DNA from: a virus
Taxonomy: Duplodnaviria; Heunggongvirae; Uroviricota; Caudoviricetes
Virus record (IMG/VR): IMGVR_UViG_2563366820_000006
Coordinates: 1 to 38,853 of that record
Length of the DNA: 38,853 nt
Strand: one strand, 5' to 3'
The notes beneath the pieces are model-generated. The model made no database searches. It was not told the DNA's origin and worked only from the letters and a program-made list of their open reading frames with translations. Position numbers and translations under genes: made by a program. Positions 9,671-19,176 of the stretch are shown piece after piece; position 1 is the first letter of the stretch; every line of letters begins with the position of its first letter.

Positions 9671-10995
9671 TGCACTGGCACCTTCAGAGGGATCACCGGC
9701 ACAAAGCCGGGATGCGTAATGGCATTACGCCGGATAATGTCCGCGTCACGCGCCGCGTTATCAAACCAGGTCGCCGCCAGCACCAGCGCGGGTAAAACCT
9801 CATCCGGTGTGCGCTGAATGATCCGTGCAGACTGTTCAAGGCGCGTGTTGATATCCGCATTCAGATCTGCTTTCACCCGGCGCAGCGCCAGAAACAGCGC
9901 ATCGCTGGTTGTACGGGACAACTCCTTATCAATTGCCGTATTCAGTGTGTCGCGAATGTCAGTCAGTTCTTCCCACGTCGGCAGGTCAACCGTGTTTTTC
10001 ACCGCCGGTGCATTGTTCAGTGCCGGATGCGTGACGGAAGGCCAGCCAGTGCTCTGCGCGGGTGTTGTTGCCTGCCCCACTGCGGAATTCTGCATCACCG
10101 CGGAAGTTGTTGGCGCAGGCAATCGGGTGACGGCATACGCCGCTTCGCTGATTGCGGTCGTACGAAGGGTGCTGGCAACCACGTTACGCTGCTGCGTCGC
10201 CGTGGCGGTGGTTTTACTGTCCGTTTTCCAGACGCCGCGCGGTTGCAGATCGCTGCCGAGGCTGACACCGGAAAGCGTTTTGATCATGGTGACCAGGTCG
10301 CTGGCGTTACCATAAAGGCGTTTCCCGGTACGCCACATTTTCTGCACCTGCTCAACGAAATTTTTGCCTGACGATGGCGGCGGCAGAAGTACCGAGATAT
10401 CCCCCTGCAACAGCCTGGCGGCATCCGATACGGCAGAATCCACCACTTTCATCGCATTAGAAACATACCCCAGCATTATGCTGGCATTACCGATAACGTC
10501 GTTCTGCACGAAATCCGCCACACCATCGATACTGAAACCGCTGAAGCTGTCACTGATGCAGTCATCCAGTGCAGAACAGGATGACATCAGCGTCTGCGCC
10601 GTCGCCGCACCTGATGTGGGGTAAGAGAGTTCTCCTGCTTCGACAAACTTCAGGTCAAAGCGGACAATACGCCCTTCACTTTTCGATGTGCTGACCCGAA
10701 CTTCCCCGTCAACACAGACTTTCAGCTCACCGTATGTCGGATGGACAAGCGTGCCGGGACCGGGTTTATTCAGCGCGTCAATCAGGCGATCGCGCTGGTC
10801 AAAGCAGTCATCTCCCACCACATAAGCCGTGATGGACGGGCGGAAAGTGACTTTTCCCAGATCTTCGGTATAGGGTTTGTCGCGGTTCGGGTATTCGTGC
10901 GTTTCCACACGGCGACCTGTTCCCGCACTTTCTTCTTCGACCTTAAACGGCACGCCGCGAAATGACGCGTCCTGAAGCCTGTCTTTCCACGTCAT
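9667..10995 (-). CDS. Mu-like DNA circulation protein (gp43 family)
   Basis: 442 aa; N-terminus MTWKDRLQDASFRGVPFKVEEESAGTGRRVETHEYPNRDKPYTEDLG matches the DNA_circ_N family; GGAG Shine-Dalgarno. Confidence 0.8.
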   Translation of the reverse strand: MTWKDRLQDASFRGVPFKVEEESAGTGRRVETHEYPNRDKPYTEDLGKVTFRPSITAYVVGDDCFDQRDRLIDALNKPGPGTLVHPTYGELKVCVDGEVRVSTSKSEGRIVRFDLKFVEAGELSYPTSGAATAQTLMSSCSALDDCISDSFSGFSIDGVADFVQNDVIGNASIMLGYVSNAMKVVDSAVSDAARLLQGDISVLLPPPSSGKNFVEQVQKMWRTGKRLYGNASDLVTMIKTLSGVSLGSDLQPRGVWKTDSKTTATATQQRNVVASTLRTTAISEAAYAVTRLPAPTTSAVMQNSAVGQATTPAQSTGWPSVTHPALNNAPAVKNTVDLPTWEELTDIRDTLNTAIDKELSRTTSDALFLALRRVKADLNADINTRLEQSARIIQRTPDEVLPALVLAATWFDNAARDADIIRRNAITHPGFVPVIPLKVPVQ

Positions 10996-11007
10996 ATATA
11001 CTCCGAA

Positions 11008-11038
11008 AATTAAAAAGCCACCTATTAGAAGGTGGCCT
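11008..11038 (-). terminator. Rho-independent terminator of the moron gene
   Basis: On the minus strand: GCCACC-loop-GGTGGC hairpin followed by TTTTTAATTTT, immediately after the stop of the 176-aa ORF. Confidence 0.6.
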
Positions 11039-11056
11039 TGTAATGAATTTTATTAA

Positions 11057-11587
11057 TTAGCGAGTCAGAAACAACGAATCTTTATACTTTTGCTGTTGTT
11101 CATTTAAATACTTAGCTGTTTCATCGCTGGCAAATGGAAATATTACCGTATTTTTAGGCATGGTAATTTCTTTTTTGTCCAGCGTCAGAGTAAACATAGG
11201 AACATACTGAGCAGAGTAACGCACCGCAGAAACGAGCTCTAGTTTAGACTCTTCAATAACACTTAAATTATCCAGGCTAACTTTCTCTTCATCTTTTTTC
11301 TTTGACGCATTTAAAGTTTTTATTACTTTATTTAATTTCTCCTGAAAATCCTCCTTAAAGTTTTCAGGATTGCCGTCGACAACAAGAATCTGTTCACCCT
11401 GATTATCTGGAAAAATAATCTTTGCACTTATCAATTTATTTTCTTTATAAACATCACCAAGTTTTATGGCTCCTCCAGATAACTGAATAATATGTTCATC
11501 TTTAAAGGAGATGTTGCCAGAGATTATGAGAGATGAAAAAACAGCCGCTGCTCCAAGAATTACACTTGCTGTGATATAGCCTTTCAT
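11057..11587 (-). CDS. Secreted protein of unknown function (moron inserted in the tail operon)
   Basis: 176 aa; N-terminal signal-peptide-like hydrophobic segment MKGYITASVILGAAAVFSSLIISG; strongly AT-rich versus flanking tail genes; own upstream intergenic region and own terminator. Confidence 0.7.
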   Translation of the reverse strand: MKGYITASVILGAAAVFSSLIISGNISFKDEHIIQLSGGAIKLGDVYKENKLISAKIIFPDNQGEQILVVDGNPENFKEDFQEKLNKVIKTLNASKKKDEEKVSLDNLSVIEESKLELVSAVRYSAQYVPMFTLTLDKKEITMPKNTVIFPFASDETAKYLNEQQQKYKDSLFLTR

Positions 11588-11678
11588 TTTTCGCCTATTA
11601 ACATTTTTCTAAATGTGCATTAATTCTATCACTCTATTTATGACTTACAACCAGCAATACCTGTGAGGGGAATCCTGG

Positions 11679-13511
11679 CTACCAAAATCGGGTATAGCCA
11701 ACATCGTGATTTATATCAATGCCACTGGAGCGTGTTTCCGTAACCCGCATACCTGGTGGCATATTTATAAATGATACCTTGATCTCACCATCAACTTTTG
11801 GCGCAGAAGCTTTGTTAATCATGAAGGGATTCGGGCCTGTGGCATCGGAGGCGTTGTTTGACTGAGCCGGATCTACCGCCTGATAAGGTGTGTATCCCCG
11901 TGCCGGTATTCCCGTCCCATAAGCATCATAAGCACCCGCGCCCCACTGCGCCGAGTTAATGGTATCGACCGTGTCACAGGAACTGTCGGTAAACCATTCA
12001 ATAATCGGCTTCAGCTTATCCCACATATCCTGAAACCACTTAACAACCGGTCCCCAGTTATTGATCACCATCCCCAGCGGCGACCAGGCAAAAACCTTCT
12101 TCAGAAGTTCCCGGCCAGCCTCAAAATAAGGACCAATGGTTTCCCAGAGCTTCTTGAAATAAGGTCCGACAACATCCCAGTTAGTGATAATTAATCCCGC
12201 AGCCAGAGCAATCGCCGTCGCAATCATGCCAATCGGCGTCATCGACATGATCCTGCTGACAATACTGATGGCACTGCCCACGCCCATCAATCCCAGTTTC
12301 AGAATCGCAAGACCGGCAGCAAGCCCGACGACGCCGCGAATAACCCGGGGATTTTCATCCGCAAACTTCGTGAATTTCTCCCCCAACTCCCCCAGCCATT
12401 GTGTGATATTTTTAGCGTCACCAGAAAATGCGCCGCCAATAGCCGCAAGGCCGTTAGTTGCGGTCCCTGTCATTGCCTCCCACAGGTTGGACAGCGTACC
12501 AAGCTGTGCCTGAACACGTTTATTCAGGCTGGCCTGTTTATTCATCTTCTGCTGGATCTGATCGTAGCCATCCTTTCCTTTATCGATCAGTGCATTGACC
12601 ACCTGAAGGGTTTCGGCATCATCACCAAATATTGCCTTAAGTACACCTGTTCGCTTAACGTCGGTCAGTTTTCGCAGCTTTGCCAGTTGCCTGAACATGT
12701 TATCAAGACCGCCAAAACTTCCTTTGCCGTCAGTAAAATCGAGCTGTACCCCGAGTTTCTGGCGGGCCATAACTTTATTAACGTCCCTGATTTTCTTAAC
12801 GCTTAATCCGGACTGGATAACTTTTCGCAGGGCATTACCTGCCGACTCCCCGTTCATCCCCATCTGATCCATCATGACGCTGATGGGGGCAAGGCTCTGT
12901 GCAGCCTGAAGACCATCCTTGTTCACCATCTTCAGAACAGAACTGGTTTTAGTGAAGAAGGACAACATGTTGGTATCGTCAACGCCCAGATAAAACGCCT
13001 TCTGGATAGTGTCGAACAGCCCCATCATGTCTTCTGACGCCGTTCCGGTAGCATCCTGCATCTTTGCAGCAAACTCAGCAGCCGCTTCCGGTGTTTTTTT
13101 CAGTTGTACCGCAAGATAAGCTGTCGCTTTACCCACACCGCCAAGAATGTTTTCTGCCGGGATCCCCTGACGCACCAGCATCTGCATCATGTTCTGGAAA
13201 TCAGCCGTTGTACCGGGTAGCTGGTTACCCAGACCAATAGCCAGTTTATTGATGTCCTGAAAGCGCTTTCCGACCTCACCGTTCGCATCCATCATGGCAA
13301 CTTTCAGCCCGGTGGCGGCGTTTTCCTGATCGGCATAAGATTTCAGGGAAAGCGTCAGACCCGCAGCCAGTCCGCCACCAAGCGCCAGCCCACCCTGTGA
13401 CGCTTCTTCCGCCTGGCGTTTAAATCCCCGGATTTTCTTTTGTATTTTCGACAGCGCGGGAGAAAGCCTGTCGACACCGGTGATCAACGCCTTAAGCTCA
13501 AATTCAGCCAT
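11679..13511 (-). CDS. Tail tape measure protein
   Basis: 610 aa, Ala/Gly-rich with a hydrophobic central segment, located downstream of the tail-chaperone frameshift pair. Confidence 0.85.
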   Translation of the reverse strand: MAEFELKALITGVDRLSPALSKIQKKIRGFKRQAEEASQGGLALGGGLAAGLTLSLKSYADQENAATGLKVAMMDANGEVGKRFQDINKLAIGLGNQLPGTTADFQNMMQMLVRQGIPAENILGGVGKATAYLAVQLKKTPEAAAEFAAKMQDATGTASEDMMGLFDTIQKAFYLGVDDTNMLSFFTKTSSVLKMVNKDGLQAAQSLAPISVMMDQMGMNGESAGNALRKVIQSGLSVKKIRDVNKVMARQKLGVQLDFTDGKGSFGGLDNMFRQLAKLRKLTDVKRTGVLKAIFGDDAETLQVVNALIDKGKDGYDQIQQKMNKQASLNKRVQAQLGTLSNLWEAMTGTATNGLAAIGGAFSGDAKNITQWLGELGEKFTKFADENPRVIRGVVGLAAGLAILKLGLMGVGSAISIVSRIMSMTPIGMIATAIALAAGLIITNWDVVGPYFKKLWETIGPYFEAGRELLKKVFAWSPLGMVINNWGPVVKWFQDMWDKLKPIIEWFTDSSCDTVDTINSAQWGAGAYDAYGTGIPARGYTPYQAVDPAQSNNASDATGPNPFMINKASAPKVDGEIKVSFINMPPGMRVTETRSSGIDINHDVGYTRFW

Positions 13512-13671
13512 GTGTGCGTTTCTCCTGCTCTATCCTGTTTGCCTGACTGACCAGCAAGGGAATTTCACTGATCGGCATATTCAGCAATTCGAAAGGATTA
13601 ATGCGCCAGTAGCTGGCGCAGTCAAAGAAGCGATCAGTGAGGTATTCAGCCGTCAGGCCTGGAGGAAAAAA
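13504..13671 (-). CDS. Tail assembly chaperone -1 frameshift extension (GT-like product)
   Basis: Overlapping -1 frame ORF entered at slippery T_TTT_TTC (plus-strand 13665..13671); extension FPPGLTAEYLTDRFFDCASYW.. ends just before the tape measure start. Confidence 0.6.
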   Translation of the reverse strand, partial: FFPPGLTAEYLTDRFFDCASYWRINPFELLNMPISEIPLLVSQANRIEQEKRTHG

Positions 13672-13922
13672 CCAGCCACAAGCCACGCCGCTGCATTCAG
13701 GTCTGCCGGAGACATCTGGTCGACAGAGCTTTGCGGCACTTTCGCCAGCCGCACAATGTATTTCGACACCACATGCGCCAGAAGTCTGACTGACTCATCC
13801 TGATTCATCTGGTAGGGATACCCCAGCTCGCGGACATCCTTCCCGGTGGGCTCATCAAACTCCAGTACGGAGAGTGTCTCGCCATGAGCAGTAATCGGTT
13901 TCTTTAACTCAAGCTCTTTCAT
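13653..13922 (-). CDS. Tail assembly chaperone (G-like)
   Basis: 89 aa between the tail tube and tape measure genes; ends ..GFFLQA with a TTTTTTC slippery heptamer near the stop. Confidence 0.7.
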   Translation of the reverse strand: MKELELKKPITAHGETLSVLEFDEPTGKDVRELGYPYQMNQDESVRLLAHVVSKYIVRLAKVPQSSVDQMSPADLNAAAWLVAGFFLQA

Positions 13923-14278
13923 TACTGGTAATCCCCTTCTTCACCGTGGAACTCAAGATCAACCGTGCCTTCTTCGGCATTATGGTTCGCTTCGCCGTGC
14001 AGCCAGGCAGACGACAGTACATAGACCTGACCGTTCGCCAGCTCGGCAGTGATTGTCATCTCATCAGACGAGGTGATTTTGTTCACCGGAAAATTCTTCG
14101 GCACCTTGAAGGTCCCTTTGACATAAGGCGCACGGTGAGTTTCCTTGCGGTCCACTGAACCGTCCAGGCCGATGATGTCATCATTGACCGTCCTGTTCAT
14201 GGGCACCTCAATGCCGCCGGTCAGCGATAGCTGCTGACCGTCAATTTTGAAATAACAGGTTCCCCCGATACGGGCCAT
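13922..14278 (-). CDS. Tail tube protein (contractile tail)
   Basis: 118 aa immediately downstream of the sheath gene. Confidence 0.8.
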   Translation of the reverse strand: MARIGGTCYFKIDGQQLSLTGGIEVPMNRTVNDDIIGLDGSVDRKETHRAPYVKGTFKVPKNFPVNKITSSDEMTITAELANGQVYVLSSAWLHGEANHNAEEGTVDLEFHGEEGDYQ

Positions 14279-15774
14279 TATGCAGACTCCTCTGAATACT
14301 GAAGACGGAACTGGTTAACCACGGCAAAAACACGCAACTGGTTAACATAGTCAGGCGGGAACAGCGTGTTCAGGCGGTTCGGATCGCTGGCATCACGCTC
14401 CACAACCAGGTACTGCTTAAACAGTTCGTAGTTTTCCACGATCCCCGCACGCTCGAGCTGACGGTAGGTTGCCAGCAGTTCCCCTTTGATTACCGCCGGG
14501 GTGACAATCGCCTGACCGGGACCAAAGCGGGTACCGTCGCTGGCAAGCTTGTGACGCCCGTACTTACTGGTAATGACGGATTTCAGTATGCGCAGTACAT
14601 ACGCGCTGGTATGCAGCGTCTCGCTGTCGAGGTAGCTGTTATCCGCAACCCCGTAAGCATTTTTCCTGTACGTGGTGACATCACGCTGAATGCGCAGCAC
14701 CCCGCTTTCGACATACGCCGTTGCCACGCCATGAGACAGCAGGGTCTGCTGCTCGGTCATCGTGAACCGTTTCCCCTTCGGCGCAGGCAGCATACCCACC
14801 AGCTCACCGGTCTGCGTGGGACGTGCCGGATCGTTGCGGATAAACACCGCTGCGCGGGCGGTACGGCTTGCCGCCAGCTCGTCGGCAGGCGTCTGGGTCT
14901 CTTTTTCGTACCCCGCCAGGGTGATGTGCTGCTGGTTAAACTGGTCACCTGCGTTCACCAGTTCTGACAGTGTGCCGGTCTTTGCCGTATACACATGACC
15001 ATACAGCTGACGCGCATAGCTCCAGCGACCGCTGGTATCGTTCATCTCGGTCACCAGCGTGTTAACGGAGGCCGTGTCGTTGAACGGCAGACCGATATAA
15101 TCAAACGGCTCATCCGCCATTGCAGCCACCGCGCCGGTGAGAACCGGAGCGCCCGTTCCGGCGGTCCCCGTCGCCACGGCAATCTGTACGCCCGCTGGCA
15201 GCACTTCGCCCCCACCGAAGCCGTAGTAATTGAGGCTGACAGGAATTTCATTCCCGCAAAGCCCCTTATGACGCGCGGTCAGTGTGACCACGCCTGCCGA
15301 AGATGAGGCCGTAAACGGCAGGGTCGGAACGGCATTGATGGCATCCTGGATACTGCTGGCAATCGTCGCGACGTTATCGCCATTGGTCACCGGTGCCTGC
15401 ACGCGGGTACGTCCCACATAAACATTCACCGTGCCGGTTTCGGTTGCCGCCCCTGTCACCGTCAGCGTAACCGTTGCCGCCGCGCCCGTGGATTCAGGAA
15501 CGGCAATCACATACAACTCGCCAAACGGGTCGGTCTGGCGATAAGCCTCAACCATACGCGCCAGCTGACTTCCCGCACCACAAATCTGGCGTGCATAGTC
15601 TGCCGACGGCATCAGCACCAGACTGTTGGCAACAATCTCTGCACCGTTATTGGCATGACCAATCAGCAGCGACGCTCCGCTGTCCTGTGCAGTATTCGCC
15701 GCCGAGTTATCCATTTCCGCATAAAACAACGGAACCAGCGTATTCGACGGAATGGTGTTAAAGCTTATCGTCAT
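14278..15774 (-). CDS. Tail sheath protein
   Basis: 498 aa; N-terminus MTISFNTIPSNTLVPLFYAE typical of myovirus sheath proteins. Confidence 0.9.
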   Translation of the reverse strand: MTISFNTIPSNTLVPLFYAEMDNSAANTAQDSGASLLIGHANNGAEIVANSLVLMPSADYARQICGAGSQLARMVEAYRQTDPFGELYVIAVPESTGAAATVTLTVTGAATETGTVNVYVGRTRVQAPVTNGDNVATIASSIQDAINAVPTLPFTASSSAGVVTLTARHKGLCGNEIPVSLNYYGFGGGEVLPAGVQIAVATGTAGTGAPVLTGAVAAMADEPFDYIGLPFNDTASVNTLVTEMNDTSGRWSYARQLYGHVYTAKTGTLSELVNAGDQFNQQHITLAGYEKETQTPADELAASRTARAAVFIRNDPARPTQTGELVGMLPAPKGKRFTMTEQQTLLSHGVATAYVESGVLRIQRDVTTYRKNAYGVADNSYLDSETLHTSAYVLRILKSVITSKYGRHKLASDGTRFGPGQAIVTPAVIKGELLATYRQLERAGIVENYELFKQYLVVERDASDPNRLNTLFPPDYVNQLRVFAVVNQFRLQYSEESA

Positions 15775-15928
15775 CGGTATTCACCTTTTTATTCACGCGC
15801 CGGATATCACCCGCTGCTTCACGGCGCAGCCAGTAGTTGTTCTCGTCAACATTTCGCCCTTCGGCGGGCAAAAGGTCGCCGCGGGCAGGGTCAGGAACTG
15901 ACCGCCCTTTAACAGGTTTGACAAACAT
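15758..15928 (-). CDS. Small phage protein (DUF2635-like), below the ORF-track size cutoff
   Basis: 56-codon ORF found by manual translation (MFVKPVKGRSVPDPARGDLLPAEG..); overlaps the sheath start, consistent with translational coupling. Confidence 0.4.
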   Translation of the reverse strand: MFVKPVKGRSVPDPARGDLLPAEGRNVDENNYWLRREAAGDIRRVNKKVNTDDDKL

Positions 15929-15936
15929 GAGGATCC

Positions 15937-16497
15937 TCAGGAAGGAAGGGTTATTTCGGTGTGATGTTCGATATCGCCGTCAGGCCCGTTACCGGGCTCG
16001 AGATAATCAACATCAATCGCCAGCGTTTGCAGTTCATCCAGACTGTTCAGGTCATCCTGCTGGCGGGTATCGTCTTCGGTAAGCTCGCTGATGACCGAAA
16101 AATCGAACTGATAAATCAGCTCATGACGATTCAGATCCAGCAGCGTGCCGCCGTCATAGGTAATCGGGTTACCGCACGCTTCCGGATTCCAGCCCAGCAG
16201 GGCCTTAAAGAGCATCTGCCGGACATCGTCCACCACATCATACGAGGCAAACTGACCGCGCTCATCACGCCCGTTACTCAGTATGACAACCACGGAGAAG
16301 CCCTCTTTCAGCTCCTGCCAGTAGTCGGTCTGGCTTTTGTTTTCTCCCGGAGAATCATCCCCCGGTACCACATATGCCGCCGGGAGTTTCAGCTTTCCGA
16401 CCTCCGGCAGATTTTTGAACTGGGCCGCGCCTGCAACCCGGTTTTCAAAATACTGACAGCGGGCACGCAGTGCAGCAATAACAGGCGTCAGTTTCAT
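15937..16497 (-). CDS. Putative tail completion / neck protein
   Basis: 186 aa; position between the HK97-gp10-like gene and the sheath gene. Confidence 0.55.
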   Translation of the reverse strand: MKLTPVIAALRARCQYFENRVAGAAQFKNLPEVGKLKLPAAYVVPGDDSPGENKSQTDYWQELKEGFSVVVILSNGRDERGQFASYDVVDDVRQMLFKALLGWNPEACGNPITYDGGTLLDLNRHELIYQFDFSVISELTEDDTRQQDDLNSLDELQTLAIDVDYLEPGNGPDGDIEHHTEITLPS

Positions 16498-17000
16498 CTG
16501 TGTCGTCGCTCCGGCTTCAGTGATTTACTCAATTCCCGCGCCAGAAAATAGCGTGTCCAGCTGCGGTTCTTTTCAAGCGTTTCCACCATGAAGTTATTAC
16601 GTGGAGCCAGTCGCCAGCCGCTGCCACCGGATGCACCACGATGATGGCTGCGACGACGCTTTGCCCCTCGCCTCACGCCATAGAACAAAAAAGCCGGATA
16701 AAAATCACCGGTGATACGGCGGTTTCCCTCTCCATTACGCTGGTTAGGGGCTATACGTGCCATAAAACCGGGGCGATGTTTACTGGCTCTGGGTACCATA
16801 TACCCAATCGAACGAGCCAGGCGTCCGGTCTGATAACCGGGGTTTTCACCCGGTGCCGACCGTGAACGGCGCATCACCAGCCGACGGGCATCACGCATAT
16901 GACGCTGACCAATCGTGACAAACGCCCGCCGGACACGGGCGCGGTTAAAGCGCATCTCCGCGAGCTGCTGAAAATCAACGTGCAAAAAGGAAGTCGCCAT
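16494..17000 (-). CDS. HK97 gp10-family virion morphogenesis (tail/neck) protein
   Basis: Basic protein starting MATSFLHVDFQQLAEMRF; internal ATG at 17000 chosen over the longer tracked ORF; synteny. Confidence 0.55.
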   Translation of the reverse strand: MATSFLHVDFQQLAEMRFNRARVRRAFVTIGQRHMRDARRLVMRRSRSAPGENPGYQTGRLARSIGYMVPRASKHRPGFMARIAPNQRNGEGNRRITGDFYPAFLFYGVRRGAKRRRSHHRGASGGSGWRLAPRNNFMVETLEKNRSWTRYFLARELSKSLKPERRHR

Positions 17001-17385
17001 TGTTGCCTCCGTGACTCTGCGTAAATTCGCCCAGCTCCGTACACTCCAGCAGCAGAAAGCGCCGCGCACCGTTCAGATCGCGCTGACGTTTCACCCGATA
17101 CACACTGTCACCGCAGACCACCTCATAATCAGCGGTGATCCCCCGGCGGTAGCGAATGGTGATGTAATGGGTGATGGCGTCTCCGGTCTGCGCGGTTTCC
17201 TGCCAGGTGGTGGCACTGGTCTGGACAACCTTCGCCCATGCCCGGAACGCAACCGGGTATTGAGGCTCCACGCCAAAGTTATCCGCGGGCATATCCACCC
17301 GCTGGCGGATCAGGACGCGTTTATTCAGTTCGCCGGGGTCCGGCAGAATGTAGGTTGCGCTGGTCTGCGCCTGACGAATTTTCAT
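16975..17385 (-). CDS. Head-tail adaptor / head closure protein
   Basis: 136 aa; synteny downstream of the gp6-like connector. Confidence 0.55.
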   Translation of the reverse strand: MKIRQAQTSATYILPDPGELNKRVLIRQRVDMPADNFGVEPQYPVAFRAWAKVVQTSATTWQETAQTGDAITHYITIRYRRGITADYEVVCGDSVYRVKRQRDLNGARRFLLLECTELGEFTQSHGGNNGDFLFAR

Positions 17386-17705
17386 TGCGGAAAGTACCTG
17401 TACGGGCCGACAAGCCAGCCAAAACTCTGCGGCATGTCGAGTTTCTCCACTTCCGTAACCGACGAGCGGTTTTCGTAAAAATGGCTGATAAGCATCAGCA
17501 TCCCCAGACGAATATCATCCGGCAGGTGCAGCCCGTCCGGATCGCTGTCCGGAATGGTTTCATCCGGTGCATAGAGCTTCCGGTTCAGATACGTTTCCGT
17601 CCGCTTTTGTGCCGCACAGGCCAGCAGTTGCAGATGGCGGTCATCAGCATCGAAATCCTCATCCAGCCGGAGTTGGGCTTTAATCTCTTCCATTGTCAGA
17701 AGCAT
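17382..17705 (-). CDS. Head-tail connector protein (gp6-like)
   Basis: 107 aa; synteny after the major capsid gene. Confidence 0.55.
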   Translation of the reverse strand: MLLTMEEIKAQLRLDEDFDADDRHLQLLACAAQKRTETYLNRKLYAPDETIPDSDPDGLHLPDDIRLGMLMLISHFYENRSSVTEVEKLDMPQSFGWLVGPYRYFPQ

Positions 17706-17707
17706 AC

Positions 17708-17908
17708 TCAGCCCTCTTTACTGGTCGTGGCTTTTTTCTCTTTTGTCGCTTTACTGCTTTTTGCACTGGTTCCGCGCTCTGCTAACCCGGCCTGAAGTGC
17801 AACCTCCTGCACCCGGGCAGGAAGCGCCCCGTCGTCATACTCACCGGCCCGAATGACCTCAACACGCATACCGTCCGGTGACCATTTCAGATCTTGTTTC
17901 AGGATCAT
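17708..17908 (-). CDS. Small hypothetical protein with Lys/Ala-rich C-terminus
   Basis: 66-aa ORF between the capsid and connector genes. Confidence 0.4.
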   Translation of the reverse strand: MILKQDLKWSPDGMRVEVIRAGEYDDGALPARVQEVALQAGLAERGTSAKSSKATKEKKATTSKEG

Positions 17909-17956
17909 GATTCTTCACCCATCAGAACAGGGGCGCGGTTCCGCGCCCCTGAGTGA

Positions 17957-19162
17957 TTACGCCACTGCAATCTTCAACAGTTTGATGGCCTGCGAATCGA
18001 CCAGCATGCCGCCGGTGCGTTTGGTGGTATAAAAACCGACAAACGGTTTATTGGTGTACGGGTCACGCAGAATGCGGGTGCCGATACGGTCAACGATGGT
18101 GTAACCCCGTTTGAAGTTACCAAATGCAATGGCTTTCGCATCAGCGGCGATATCCGGCATCTGTTCGTTTTCAGCGATACCGTAACCCGCCAGAGAGGAC
18201 GGCTGCCCCAGTTCCAGCCCCGGACGCCACAGATAGTTACCCTCGGTGTCTTTCAGCAGACGGATGGCAAACAGGCTGTTGTTGTTCATCATGAACTTCG
18301 CGCCAGTGCGGTGTGCCTTTCGCAGCGTGTAAATCAGTTTGATAATGGCGTCTGCGGTCACCGCAGTCGCGTCGCCGGATACAATATGCTGAAGTTTGCC
18401 GAACGCCCGGACCTTATCGGTTTCATCCGTGGATTCATACGCCAGGAACCCTTTCGGCTTCTTGGTACCATCGCCGGTGGTAAAGGCAATTTCTTCCTGT
18501 TCGGCAAATTCGGTTGCCAGCTCGCTGTTGATCCAGGCCTCCACGTTGAAAAAGGCATCATCCAGCATTTTCTGGGTGGCCTGCGGGTTACCGTAGATTT
18601 CCCCCATGAAAGGTTCAATCAGCCCCAGTTTTGAGGTGGCAGTCTGGGAGCGCGCGTCAGTCTCGCCAACCCATCCGGAAGCCGTGCCGCCCAGATTCAC
18701 CAGTTTTTTGTAGTCGGAACCACCAACGGTGATCACCGTGGCTTCCTGACGCATCACCACTTCATCTTTCAGCAGGTTAAGAATGTTGCGATCCAGTTCT
18801 TCCGGCACGGCGTAGCCACCGTCTTCATCGGTGCCCACCTGCAATGCCTTACGCTCCAGATCGCGCAGACCGTCTTCACGGCCTTTACGCAGGAAGCCCA
18901 CAAACGCCTCTTTATGCTCGGTGGCCAGTTTATTTTGCGCACCACCTGCCGGACGTTTCAGCTCAAGCAGCTCTTTTTCAAGATCGCTTTTGAGGTTTTC
19001 CAGCTCGCTGAGTTTCCCGTTCAGGGTTTCCACCTGCCCGGCAAGTTTGCCTTTTTCCTGCTCAATCGCATCCACGCGCTTGTCGTTCTTTGCTTTGAAG
19101 TCGTCAAACTTCTGCTGCAGCTCCTGCGCGACCTGTTCGACATCTTTAATATCAACCGCCAT
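17957..19162 (-). CDS. Major capsid protein, HK97 fold with N-terminal delta (scaffold) domain
   Basis: 401 aa; coiled-coil-like N-terminal about 100 aa followed by an HK97-type capsid region; follows the protease gene. Confidence 0.9.
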   Translation of the reverse strand: MAVDIKDVEQVAQELQQKFDDFKAKNDKRVDAIEQEKGKLAGQVETLNGKLSELENLKSDLEKELLELKRPAGGAQNKLATEHKEAFVGFLRKGREDGLRDLERKALQVGTDEDGGYAVPEELDRNILNLLKDEVVMRQEATVITVGGSDYKKLVNLGGTASGWVGETDARSQTATSKLGLIEPFMGEIYGNPQATQKMLDDAFFNVEAWINSELATEFAEQEEIAFTTGDGTKKPKGFLAYESTDETDKVRAFGKLQHIVSGDATAVTADAIIKLIYTLRKAHRTGAKFMMNNNSLFAIRLLKDTEGNYLWRPGLELGQPSSLAGYGIAENEQMPDIAADAKAIAFGNFKRGYTIVDRIGTRILRDPYTNKPFVGFYTTKRTGGMLVDSQAIKLLKIAVA

Positions 19163-19176
19163 CGTATTTCTCCTGA

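Noticed and set aside
12184-12806. Plus-strand ORFs inside the tape measure gene (and similar antisense ORFs inside portal, terminase, sheath and capsid genes)
   Set aside because: Antisense or alternative-frame ORFs within long, well-supported structural genes; their composition reflects the host gene's codon bias.
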